Source of the DNA: Ascidiella aspersa
Taxonomy: Eukaryota
Direction of reading: 5' to 3'
Assembly: GCA_963924565.1 (NCBI GenBank)
Contig: OZ004613.1
Location: forward strand, 31,310,001-31,374,000
DNA: 64,000 bases
Both the position numbers and the translations under genes were made by a program. A model generated the notes under the pieces. That model was not told the origin of the DNA. It worked only from the letters and a program-made list of their open reading frames with translations, and searched no databases. Shown in pieces: positions 51,481-63,399 of this stretch (positions are counted from its first letter, which is position 1; every line of letters starts with the position of its first letter).

Positions 51481-52117
51481 AGGCCGCAATGTTATCAGCC
51501 TCTTAATTGTAAGTCGTGCCTTCCTGCAATTATGACATGATATAAGTAATTATTACGTCACCTAGGGCCACTGTGTCGCCAACAAGCCAAAATCATTACC
51601 GCGCAGTTTCTCATATTTGACTTTGTTGGTGGGATTTTGTTTCGCGAGGTTTTGAACATCAGAGATGAATGGAACGTCAGGAAAGCAGGGCAACCGAAGC
51701 GCGTCGATGCGTGACCTTGTTCCGCTTCGGTGCACTTCTGTCACAAAGTTAATAAAAAGTTGTTTTTGAAAGGAACTTCCTGAAACAACATTAAAAGACA
51801 GCAGTTCGGTTTCAATACAGTACGAGAGTTTGATGGAGTTACAGCGCACTCTAGCGATTGTTGTGGCAGTATGTGGGTTTATCCGCCAGATGGCGGTAGA
51901 TTTAGTAGTTCCAAGTTTATGAGAACTATTTAGCCTGGACTTACAGCAGCAAAAAGTATATAACAAAATGCAGATTAACAAATTTGTAAAGTCAAGTTAT
52001 TCTCAGTCCCTAATTTACCAGTTCGAATCTATGGCAAGTATTTATGATGATTCTTCGGTTACCATTTCCTAACATAAACTGAAGCCACAGAGAAGGTTTG
52101 GTCTTGTCAGAAAACCA

Positions 52118-52320
52118 GGCGCTGGTCTAGAATCCTACCACAACGAAACACCTTTTGGGTTAGGGTGCGGGTTAGCGTTTGGGTAAAGGTGGGTCAAGTA
52201 TTATTATTAAATAAAGAATATAATAATACTTGACCCACCCACACCCAAACGCTAACCCGCAACCTAACTCAAATTTTGTGCGTTGATTTTAGAACTGTGG
52301 TAGGATTCTAGACCAGCGCC
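52118..52320. mobile_element. Young palindromic MITE, 203 bp, with perfect 25-bp TIR and perfect 8-bp TSD
   Basis: TIR ggcgctggtctagaatcctaccaca / tgtggtaggattctagaccagcgcc; TSD GAAAACCA at 52110-52117 and 52321-52328. The inner arms also pair. Confidence 0.92.
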
Positions 52321-52784
52321 GAAAACCAACCCTTATACATGTGTGTGTCAGACAAATTTTTGATTCCGTCACCGAATAAAAACTTTTCTGTAGTTATTTG
52401 TTACTGTTTGTTATTGAAAAGTAATTTAGAATTTTAAACCACTGTCTTACAAAATTTGTCCACCTGACTGCGGTACATTGCCTAAAACTTAAAACAACTT
52501 TCTGATTGCTACACAATAAACTTAACAAGTTAAAAGGCAAAAAAAAACAAATAAAAAGCTGGTTTGCCAAAATATTTACGCCAATTTTCACCACGCAAAC
52601 GTAAAAAGTTTCTGCCCACGCATAACCTTGCCGCGTGGGATAGTTTACTTTCTTCTCGTGCGTTTTGTTTACTCTCTCACATGTATCAACTTCATTTTGA
52701 GCAAAAAGTTTCAAGTTTTTAAGTTTTCTTTCGTTTCTGTGATGTTTTTGCCATTAAAGAGACTCTAAAAGGATTATATTAACA

Positions 52785-55700
52785 ATGACGCATTTCAGGC
52801 ACACTTTCATGGTACGTTAGTTATATTTATTGTTTTGTTTTTATATTATTAAATCATCAATGTACTTTAAATCACTGATAAGCGTATGTACTGTACCCAA
52901 GCCAGCCGGTCATATTGCCAATAGGCACTTCCTGCGGTTATTTACCCGGCTAAAAGGACCCTCATTTCTCAATGTGGAAAACTTTGCATTAATGAAATCC
53001 CATTGTTTTTTGTAACTCTAAAGTTTAACTTGTAATAAACTACTTGGTTAAAAATCAGCAGAAAGCATTGCGATTTGAGTTATACTGAAGAAGTTCAATA
53101 TTAAATAGTTTCCCGAAAATGTTGAATCCCAGTTACAATTAAGCTCTTAATCTAATATTCACAATTCCATGAATGCAGATTTGTTGCTAAACTGCTTTAT
53201 AAAATTGTCTGGTTGGTAAACAACCATTAATATTTTGGAGAACCAGCCTCAATCATATCCCACATATTTTCTCATCTAAATATCAGTATTTCTAATCAGA
53301 TTACTAAAACATAATGTAAACTTTTTTTGTTAATTTACCAACTTAAAAAAAGCACACTCAACTTTTTACCAGCAGCCTTCCTATTATTTCAATATTTCTT
53401 TCACAAAAAAAACTTGTTTCTCACAATTTTAAAGGTTTTATTTTCTCTCTGTGTAACCCATCAATCACTAATATACATACATTTAAACAACTTTTCTTAA
53501 TTATTGCTATACATTAGGGCAATGCTGGTTTTGAAGATATGAAGAGATATGCTCGACAAGGAACAGATTTTGGACGAGAAATTGTTAATGTTCTCAATGA
53601 AAGGTGAACTTGTAATTTTATTTTGTAAAGAAACTGTTTTTTGTAAATTATATTTTACCTAACCTTTTGAACTTAAATTAAATGCTGGTTAATATTTATG
53701 TAGAGCGATTCAACATTTTTGAAAGGTTTCATGTTTTCTCTTATTTTTGAAAATAACTTTAGAAAAAAAATACTTGAATTTTCATCTAGGTGTGTTTTTA
53801 TTCTAAGATCATAGTTGGCGTAAGTCAAGGTTAAAATTGGTGCGAACTGGCTAATGTCGCCTAACCTTTATATTTATAATGTTGTATTTTTTGTTGATTT
53901 AAAACAACTCCATGATGTGTTATACATGGGAGACAGTTGTCTCAAATTGTTGTAAATTTTTTTAAATACTTCATAATGTGTCCACCATTGCTTAAATATG
54001 TGCTATAATTATCTAGTGAATGGGCAAAGAAAGAGAGGTGTTGTAATGTCTAAAGTCAATGGCCTAACTTAAGTGCACTTAAGTCACTGTTTCCAAATAT
54101 AGTCGTTTGGATGACAGACTTCACTTGACCTTTTTGGATTAAAATTAGTGTTTTCTTTTAAAATTGTTTTTCAATTTTTTGTTATAAAATTGAGCTATTT
54201 ATTTTTTGGATGTTAAACTGTTAGATTGCCACATGTTGTTACTTTCTTATTTTTGATTTGACTTAATGCTTGTTTTATTTCAATATCAGTAATTTGACTT
54301 TGACTGGGACATAACTTGTTTTTTTTTAAAGACTCGACTTGGACTTAAAATATTTCAAAATGACTTGTTTAAAACACTTACTAAAAGTATGTAAGCATAA
54401 TCAACAATCTTACTAAAAATAAAGTTGTTCTTTGAATTTCTGTGTTTTATTTATATTTTTCCTTCAAGTAAAATTTAAACCTTAAAGTACCACCTTTGGG
54501 TTTTTATCACGTGTCCTATTTACTCTGTGAGTGAAAAATCCTTCTTTCCGCTTGGATGAACACATTATCAAAACAAGTGGATTAATTCTGGAATGCCATT
54601 GTATTGTCTCCTATTGTTGACACAAAACCATTCTCACACCGCACAAAGATCAAGTTACATTGACAATATTTGAATGTGCCTGATAAATTATTATTTTAAT
54701 AAACAATATTTGGTTTAGAATAATATTTATTCTTCTTTATTTAAAAAAATAAAAATGTTATCCAAAAATTAATTGAAATTGTCAAAGGCATTATATCACT
54801 TACACTTTTCGGCTTTAGCAGCCGAAAAGCCACGGTTAAACAATGATTGTATTGAACATTTTTTTAGTGAAATGACAGTGTTTTGTATTGCAAATCATGC
54901 AGCAAGTTTTAAAACATTACATACTACTGCAAAATATTAAAATAAAGCAATTTCGAATCATTCAACCTATTACACAAATGCATCATGCTTATATATGTAT
55001 ATACAAAATCCTACCCAACATTTTGTGTTCAGTAGCTCATGTTTAACGTTTGTTGGCATTTTCAAGTGCAATGATCCATGATGATATTCTAACATATATA
55101 CTCAGAATGTTAACTGGGTTTACATTTTGTGGTTTTGTTGCTTGCTGAGCCCAACACATCCAGTGAAAAACATTCTCATAATTATAATTTAAATTACAGA
55201 ACGTCATTAGTTCAGGTAAACTCTGTATGGTTTTACTGTCTATGGCTGAAACCTATTAATATAATTTGCCTATACTAAACCTAAAAAGTTTGATATTGGC
55301 CATAAACACTGTGCAATGTTGCAAAATTAAGTTTTTCTTATTTTAGTTACATTTAGAAGATTCCTGAATGCATTATTTATGTGTATATATGAAATCCTAA
55401 TCAAGCCTTTGGGTTAAGTAGATTATGTTTAATTTTTGCTGGAAAAAGTGCAGAGATTCATAATATTCCAACAGTCAGACATTGCTCTTGTAGCATTATC
55501 CACTCAGAATGTTGACTGGGTTCACATTTTGTGGTTTTGTTGCTTGCAGAGCCCAGCTCGAGCAGTATTATGCAAAAGCACTTCGGCGCTTGGGCCAACG
55601 AATTACGGCGGCTGCTGCAAACGTGATCGGCTCCCCGCTCAGTCAAGCGTGGAAGACGGTCGGAGTTGAGACGGAAAAAGAATCGGAAGCGCACAGGTTT

Positions 55701-58700
55701 AACCTTATTTGCTTATTTATATTTTTATAACAAATCTACTATTTAGTAGTTTATTTTTGTGATTAATAGAAAATATTTATTTATTTTTATGTTTTTATGG
55801 TAAATCATTATATACTTGTTTAAATGTTTATTTTTGTGATTGATATAAAGTTTTTAGAATTTAGATTGTATCGAAAAAGCAAAATTTAATCAAAATAAAT
55901 ATTATTATGATAAAATGGCAATTTTCATGATATATTTTATTATTCATCGTTTTCATTATGTTGTTTATGTATTGTGCTGTGTTTATTTTCAGTTTGTTTT
56001 ATTTTTCAAAATCATTGATTTTAGTTTCTTTTTAAATTTTTATTTGTGTGATTTTGCTTGGCAGAGATTTTGGTTTAAATTTAATCGAGGAATGCGTCAA
56101 ACCACTTTCGACGATCACAGAAGGACAACTTAAGCCAAGAAGAAGGGTAATTCTATGATTTATACTGCACATTAGGTTTATTTATTTTGTTTCCCCTCCT
56201 GTAGATTAATTTATTTTTTTATTTTGTTTTATTTTTTACTCATCATATTAGTTTCTAGTTTAAAAAATGAGGTTAATTATGTTATGATTTAAATTACATT
56301 TTAAGTTTCTTTATTTCATTTTACATGCTGTCCATTAAAATATTTTTTCCTATTATTTCATTTTTAAAACTATAAATGTTTACTTGTTTCAAAAAGGAGG
56401 GTAAATTGTCAGAGTTATTGTGATTAACACAAAATTCTACTTTAAGTGTCTATATTGAATTGAAATATTTTTTGTTTATTGTTGATTTCAATTGATTTGC
56501 TTTCATTTTTAAACTTGAAAATGTAAAAACCGAAACTGAAAAAAAAATGTTTTTTTTAATGTTCTTTAGAGCTTTTAGTTTATTACTTGCTCCACAAAAC
56601 CAGTTGTGTTGTAAAACCACAAAGTAGGACTAAATTGGGAAAACTCAATGCCTTTTATTTGCTGGGATTTGAACAGTCCTTAAATCTTCTTGACAAATGC
56701 CTATTTTTACATGAACAACCTTCTTAAACCCTTTTTAGACACACAGGAATAAGGTTTTTTAGAGCTAGTATTTTCCATGTCTCAAATAACACTGAATCTA
56801 ATTTTCTTTCGAAATATCATTTCTAATTTTTTAGCAATTTGTGCTTATGTTAGTAATTTATTTCAATTTAAAGGTAAAAATGTTAAATTTATATCAGAAA
56901 TAACATTACCATCTTATAAAAACAACAGATTGTATTGTTTAAAAGTTTTATTCTTAGTTAAAAAAATAATTTTTATAAATAAATTAAAGACAAAATCCAT
57001 GATGTAAAATTCTATGTTTATTGTCAGTATTAAGGTCAGTATATAAGAGAGTTGTGTCATGTGAAATGAAAGCAAGATGGTATATTTGCTTAGTATTTTG
57101 TCAGAGCTTGTCTAACACATCTTTTATTTGCAGATGGAACAGAACGTAGAGACGACTGGAAAATTATGGAACGATCGAAACGCCGAACACACCAAAGTAG
57201 GTCGATCTATATCGAGTTACGCGACTCACATCTTTGTAATGATCACAAAACCTCTGCCAGTTTGAATTGTAGTTATAATTAAACTTACTCCTGAATTATT
57301 TACAGTTTGTGAAAATCATTATAAAGTAGTAGACCATACTACTAATGATTGACCGATATCCTTTTCTCAATAACAGATTTTTTATTTAAATTACATTCAG
57401 TTTATCTACCTATTCAATTATACAACTCTTATTTTACATATTAACTTGATGTTAAACACAGTAAACCAAAACACTGTGTTAAATCAGTCAGAAAAATCAA
57501 GGTAAAAATTTGGAAGTTAAAAAAATAGGATTTTTTATTATTTTAAGGTAACTCTACATAATATTTTCACAGTAAATAATATATTGTACCAAATTATTAA
57601 TTATTAGTCTGTCTCTACATTCTACCCATATTTTAGCCTGGAAGAAAAAAGTAATTGGGGATGATTTATTACAAAAACCTTTAATATCAATTGCCTTAGT
57701 GTACTATTTCAAAGTAAAGCTTAGTAATTAATTATAAGTTTTCAAGTTTTCATATAAAAAAGTTAAAAAAAAACAAAACAATTATAAACAAAATATTTGT
57801 CTTAAATGCCATGCTAGATTTTTGTTCCACCGCCATTATACAAAAAAATGTCAGTATAAAAAAATTTACCTTTTTACAAAACTAATCTTGTAACCCTTAG
57901 ATAATTTATCCATGTACTTCAATATAGCGAGGTACCCAGTAAGGAAAGCAATCTTATTCCAGATCTAATTCCCTAGGATTATATCTGAACACCTAAACAC
58001 TAGAAAGCTTTGTTAAGCTTGGTTGTATTTAGTTCCCATTGATCAATGTAGTAACCACAGAGTGTACATTGTATCTATTTGAATTGCCCAAAGTTCTGTG
58101 TTGTGGCATGTGATGCAGTGGAAACCAGTTACAAATATCTGCCAGTTTGTCATACACTGGTTCCCAAACAATTACGGCTTGTGATGCTTTAATAAATAAT
58201 GTAAATTTGCGAAGCACTTTTACATAGTGTCAATACAGCTAAAACTTGTAATCTTCCTTATTAGCTATGTAATAAATAGCATTGTTCAATAAAGTCTGGC
58301 ATACTTTATTATTGTACAAATAGTTAATTTCTAAAATTGCCAAAGTGTCAAGGCGGCACACTTGGGAATCACACACAGTTGACATAAAGTTTAGACAAAC
58401 ATGCAGCAAATTTTTCTTTCTAGATAAAGAGGCGGCTGCATACTTGTACAAGGGAAAATGAAACGCTAATCGACCAAATTAATGGACCGCGACCAAAAAC
58501 TGAGCGCGACCAACAGAAGGTATTAGTTAAGTTAAGCTGATTGCAGACATTCCTGGCATTTCTTCATGCAATCAAAGTTGTTGCTTCACTTGGCGATTTT
58601 TGCTTGTATTTGACTTATTGCATTGATAGAAAGAATTAATTGTTTTCCTACCTTTAGTAATTCTGAGCATTGAATATACTCAACTCCATATTTGGAATGT

Positions 58701-61700
58701 AATTAGTTTGCAATCAGGGGATATTCTATAATTATTATTATAAACAAATATGACAAAATAGACGTGGGGTGCATGAAACACTATTAAACTGTCTTCAATC
58801 GCAAAAAGACAGTGTAGGAAGGACTTAAAAATTGTAATTAAGTAACTATTTTTAAATAAGTTGACCTGACTTTTTTAGTCCTTTGAACAAGCAACTCTGG
58901 TTAAAATGAATCATTTGTTTTTATTTAGCATTTTTTTAAAATTGGGTTATTTATCCTAGTCATTCTTGCACGATGAACAATTTTATTATAAGGACTTAAT
59001 TTGAAGTTGACTTGCTTTAATTATGACTTGACTAGACTTGGACTTGCTGCAAGTGATTTTAGAAATTAACTTAACTGTGACTTGAGTTATTTAAAAATTA
59101 TTTATTTACAAAACTGTAAAAATTCCTTAAATACTTTTAATCAATGCAAAACCAGAACTATTTTATTAGTGCAAAGTCCAAGTTATTTCAAACCTTCAGG
59201 GTTTATGTCCTAATATAAAGTAAAGTATTAAGTGTGCTTTTTTATTGCAAAGTTTAAATATAGCCGTCTAATTTGAGCTAGGCTTATCATAGAAATCATA
59301 GCATAACAAGTTAAAATATCAAAATATTTAGATAAAAATGCAAATTATTTTCAGTCTAAATACACATTTAATTTCAATTTTTTTTTATAAATGTAGTTAA
59401 TTCCTGTTTGGAAGTTTGAACAAGTTTGAATTACAATTTAAATTTTTGGCCAGCTTAAACTTAAATATTACATTTAAAAGTCAAATCACTTGCACTAATC
59501 CTGATCAAGTCAACTGATTTTAGTTAGTCTTAGCCCCCATGAAGGCTCCCAGGGTTCTATAATATTTGTGCCGTTATCGTTGGTCAGTCTGACTTTAGAA
59601 GGGCTTGATGACAGAACACACACTGTGTATATGTATGTTTCAGTTGCACTTTGAAAAAGGTAAAAAATCAGAATATGCATGTTGATGAACGTTTCAACAT
59701 TCAAACAAAAAACATAACATTTACTTTCAGTTGTTGATGAAACAGCAGAAAAGTGAGGACTCTATGCAACGAGCCGACCTCGATTATTACAACTCACTCA
59801 TCCAACTCGAGAAAAGTCGTCAAGATTGGGAGGTGGCGAGCTACGACTGCTGCGACGCCGTCGAGGTAAACATAGAAATCATACTTTAAATATCTAGGCA
59901 CATTACAGCTGTGAAAAATCTGTCTTGCTCTTCATTACTCAAAGGTAATAAAATTATTTTAGGAATAGTTCTGTTCTAGTACACCTTAAAATGGTTTTGA
60001 TACTTTCTTTAGTTCATGTCGATTACAATTCCATGGTAAACAAAGTTAAGTTAATGTAGCAACAAGTTTAAGTTAAAGCAAAGTTAACGCGTGAATATTA
60101 AAAAAAAGTTAACGCGTGAATATTTGTGAAAGTAGAAAAAAAATTGTTGCGGCTGTCGGTTAGCTATGGGCTTTTACTGTAAACTAGCCACAAGGTAATA
60201 CAAGTGTAGCTGTAAAAAGATAACAGTTGTATTTATTTTATGTGTTGATGTAATGTGCAATTAAAAAGTATTTTTTCTTGCTCCTAACCTTTCTTCCTCA
60301 CATTTGTGTAGCTGTAAAAAGATAACAGCAGCACAGTTGTATCTTGTATCATAAACAAGCCTTATCTCTGTTAAGTGTTGATGTAATGATAATATTGAGA
60401 ACTCTTAGGATTCCTTGTTCTACTGTGATTCCTCAACATCCATGTTTACTTGTAGGATATGGAAGACTCACGCTTAAGGAATTTGTGTCACACCATCCAA
60501 AAATACACCGACCTACTCTATGAAATCCCCTCCAAACTTAAAACAGTTGGTTTTATTTATAACTTTTTATTCATATTTATGTAAAATTTCTAACTATGGC
60601 CATTTAAAAATAATTGACCTATTTAAAATAAATATTGTTATTTCTAAAAGGGTCTACTTTTATTTAAAATACATCAGTTTCTATTTTTAAAAAGGGCAGG
60701 GGTTTTATTAACAGTTCTGTGTGCTAAAATTTGAAATGTTGTGCATCCTGAGTTGGCTTGCTGAGTTGGCTTGCTGAGTTGAACTGTGCAGTAAATGAAT
60801 GCCCTGAAGCAAATCTGTTGCAACCTTATAATATAAATATTTCAATTAAGCCGTGACAGGTAATTTATGCACACAATTAGGCCGGTTGTGTTTATGATGC
60901 ACAGATCAATCAAACTGTTCCTTCTAAAAATAGCAACAATAGACCAGTAATGTATTTATAAAGTTAATCCAAATCAATGTAAGTTATATTACTTATGTTC
61001 CTTGGGATTCCTAAATATTTATTACAGTTTATGTACATTCTTTATATTCTTATGGCAGACTTGTAAAGTAATTGATGAAGTTACTGAAAAACTTTCTCCA
61101 CAAAAAGAAATCCTTGTTGTGAGCGACAAAATGAAGGGAGTTCCGTACACGTCGGAACAACTTCTCTGCGATTATTATGTGAGTTAAACTTTCTTGGGTA
61201 TGTGTGTTTTTACTTTTTGTGTTCTTGTTTTACAAATTACATGTAGAACCAAGCAAAACCTAATGCTTGATAATGATGATCATATTAAATGCTTTAATAA
61301 AGTAGGTGACTAATAAAACCCTATTCCACTAAACTTAAATTAAATAAAGCATAATTTCCGTAAAAGGTTTTAATGAAAAAACAATCATATTTGGTGCTTT
61401 AACAAGTACAGCTGGACCCAACTAGTTGTGTTAAATATCATTAATAAAAATTGTAATATATGTGTGATACCATGGGAGTTTAAAATTGACTTTCTAAAAA
61501 TTTTTATGTTTTTCAATTGGGACAGGTACAACAACAAAATACAACAACAAAGTGTTTTATTAATTCATAATTAATTTACATCTAGGAGGAGAACTTTAGT
61601 TGTCAGATGAGCATCGATCGTCGAAAGCGATCCGTCAACAAACTCCTGGAGCGTTTCATCCACCAATGCCAGAAGGAGCGAACGCACAGGGATGGAATGA

Positions 61701-63241
61701 GGAGACTGGAACTTGCTTCACAGAACGGGGATGTTCAACAACAAGCTGATATCGCCAACCGGTTGCTACAAGTAAGTGTGTCAGGGTTGTAGCTACGTCT
61801 GATTTTTGCATTGATACTGGCACGTTTTTAATAGCTGTTAACCTTTTGTATATGGTGACCGTATGTTCCAGTGTTGTAATGATTTAAGTGCGCTTAAGTC
61901 ATTGTTTTTAAATGAATTGACTTAACTTAAGTCTTTCAGACAAATGACTTTTTATTATTAAACATTTTTATAAAATAGGTTTATTTTTATTAAGTTGTGT
62001 ACATAAAAATATTAGCTTACCATATATTTCGCGTTTTTGTTATTTTTTGGATGAGTTATTGCCCATTAACGGTCGAGTTTGCAACATGCAGTTGTTTAAC
62101 TTTAATTTTCATGACAAGGCCTTGACTTATTATCGACTTCCATAAATTATGACATGACTATTTATTCTAAATGCTTGTTTACAACGCTGGTATATACACT
62201 TATATAAGTCATAGAAAACAGTTACTTTATGTAAACGAGCTATAGCGCCAATGCACATTCCTATTAAGGTTAACTACATCAAGGTTAGTTTAAACATAAC
62301 CACGTTATCAATGAAATGTGTGGCCTTTTTTATGCAACGCTGTCTTTGAAAACAAAAGCAGTTTTATTAGTTAAAATACCCAAACATGATAAATTGTTTA
62401 ATGGTGAAAATAACGGCCCAAATAGACACAAAAAGCGACATGCTTTATTGTTCAAACGTTTCAGCAAATGCTCATGCCATCATCAGTGAAACGTTTGAAT
62501 AATAAAGCATGTCGCTTTTTATGTCTATTTTGGCCATTATTTTCACCATTAAACTTATGAACAGATCCGTATATAGTGTTCCAATGATAAATTGTGTTTT
62601 GCGATTTTTGGGTAAATCTGTTGTTTCTTTGAACAACATCATATGTATACTTTTGAATAGTTCTTTAAGATGGTTAACCCAATTAAATCGTTTGTATCTT
62701 AAAATTTATTCCCTAATTTTTATGCTAAAAAACAAAAATATCACCTTTTAAAATATTTAGTGTTTAAGTAAAGCAACACTCTGTAATTTGTTTTAAACAA
62801 AAATCTTCTTTTCACAGCTTAGTAGTTTTAATTTGAAACTAGCATCACAGCAAGTTACTTGTGCTATAAACAAAGTATTTATAATTATTCTAAAAAATGG
62901 TCATTTGCTAAATAAATTGTTTTTGCGTGTAAATAATTGTTTTTGCGTGTAAATAATCGAGTGTTTTCTAAAGTTATATTTTTGACAACTAGTTATTCTT
63001 ACCTGTGACTAAACATCACAAGTGGCTGGTCGTATGTTGATAATGCGATAAATTTTATGTCAAAGTCCACAACCTGTGTACCCCTGTGTTGTAACCGAGC
63101 AATTATTAACAGACCAACGCCATGTTGACATTGCTTGACGTCGTACGGTACAAGCTCAACTGTACCTTAGCGTCACTAGATGGCAGCACACTGCCACATC
63201 ACCCGCTTGCAAACAACATCGAGAACCACACGGATCGGCAG
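52785..63241 (+). CDS. NOSTRIN: NOSTRIN-like F-BAR/HR1 protein, first 11 coding exons (SH3 exons expected beyond the window)
   Basis: join(52785-52811, 53518-53603, 55550-55696, 56065-56146, 57134-57196, 58424-58519, 59731-59865, 60456-60545, 61059-61178, 61586-61771, 63113-63241). All introns are GT-AG and in phase, giving 387 codons: MTHFRHTFMGNAGFEDMKRYARQGTDFGREIVNVLNERAQLEQYYAKALRRLG (FCH)...ADLDYY..RQDWE...EQLLCDYYEENFSCQMSIDRRK...RYKLNCTLASLDGSTLPHHP. This is colinear with recalled NOSTRIN motifs (EFLLTDYFEED, YKLSSMLAELE..PSHP). Confidence 0.88.
54036..54379. mobile_element. GACTT-rich hAT-like MITE, family 2 copy (NOSTRIN intron 2)
   Basis: gtgttgtaat...ttaagtgcacttaagtca...gactcgacttggactt...ttgtttaaaacact; homologous to 61869-62189. 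Confidence 0.6.
55100..55555 (+). repeat. Local duplication of the NOSTRIN exon-3 acceptor region
   Basis: 55100-55153 matches 55502-55555 at 51/54 nt. Weaker similarity extends upstream (about 54977-55100 vs 55366-55480). Confidence 0.9.
58810..59116. mobile_element. GACTT-rich hAT-like MITE, family 2 copy (more decayed)
   Basis: cagtgt...ttacaaaactg ends with a dense gacttgactagacttggactt tract like the other copies. Confidence 0.45.
60080..60124. repeat. Short direct repeat
   Basis: aaagttaacgcgtgaatatt occurs twice. Confidence 0.8.
60204..60388. repeat. Diverged direct duplication in NOSTRIN intron 7
   Basis: gtgtagctgtaaaaagataacag...acagttgtat...gtgttgatgtaatg is repeated about 100-130 bp apart. 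Confidence 0.75.
61869..62189. mobile_element. GACTT-rich hAT-like MITE, family 2 copy
   Basis: TIR cagtgttgtaa / ttacaacgctg with 8-bp flanks gtatgttc / gtatatac (6/8). Confidence 0.7.
62396..62554. repeat. Long inverted repeat (68-bp arms, 23-nt loop)
   Basis: 62396-62463 vs the reverse complement of 62487-62554 match at 64/68. Confidence 0.92.
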
Positions 63242-63371
63242 GTAAGAGCATTTTTTAGATTTTATTTTTCAATTTCTTATTCCCACGTTCTCAAACAAGA
63301 TTTCTTCTAAATGTTTTTTTGTGTCAAGTGGAAAAACGCAGGCTGCCAAAGTTTTTTCATTTTTTTTCATA

Positions 63372-63399
63372 CGCTTGTAAACAACATCGAGAACCACAC
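63372..63399 (+). repeat. Intronic copy of the end of NOSTRIN exon 11
   Basis: cgcttgtaaacaacatcgagaaccacac vs exonic 63204-63231 cgcttgcaaacaacatcgagaaccacac (27/28). Confidence 0.9.

Noticed and set aside
52155-52270. TTAGGG-like words as an interstitial telomere
   Set aside because: Only a few degenerate units, all inside a MITE.
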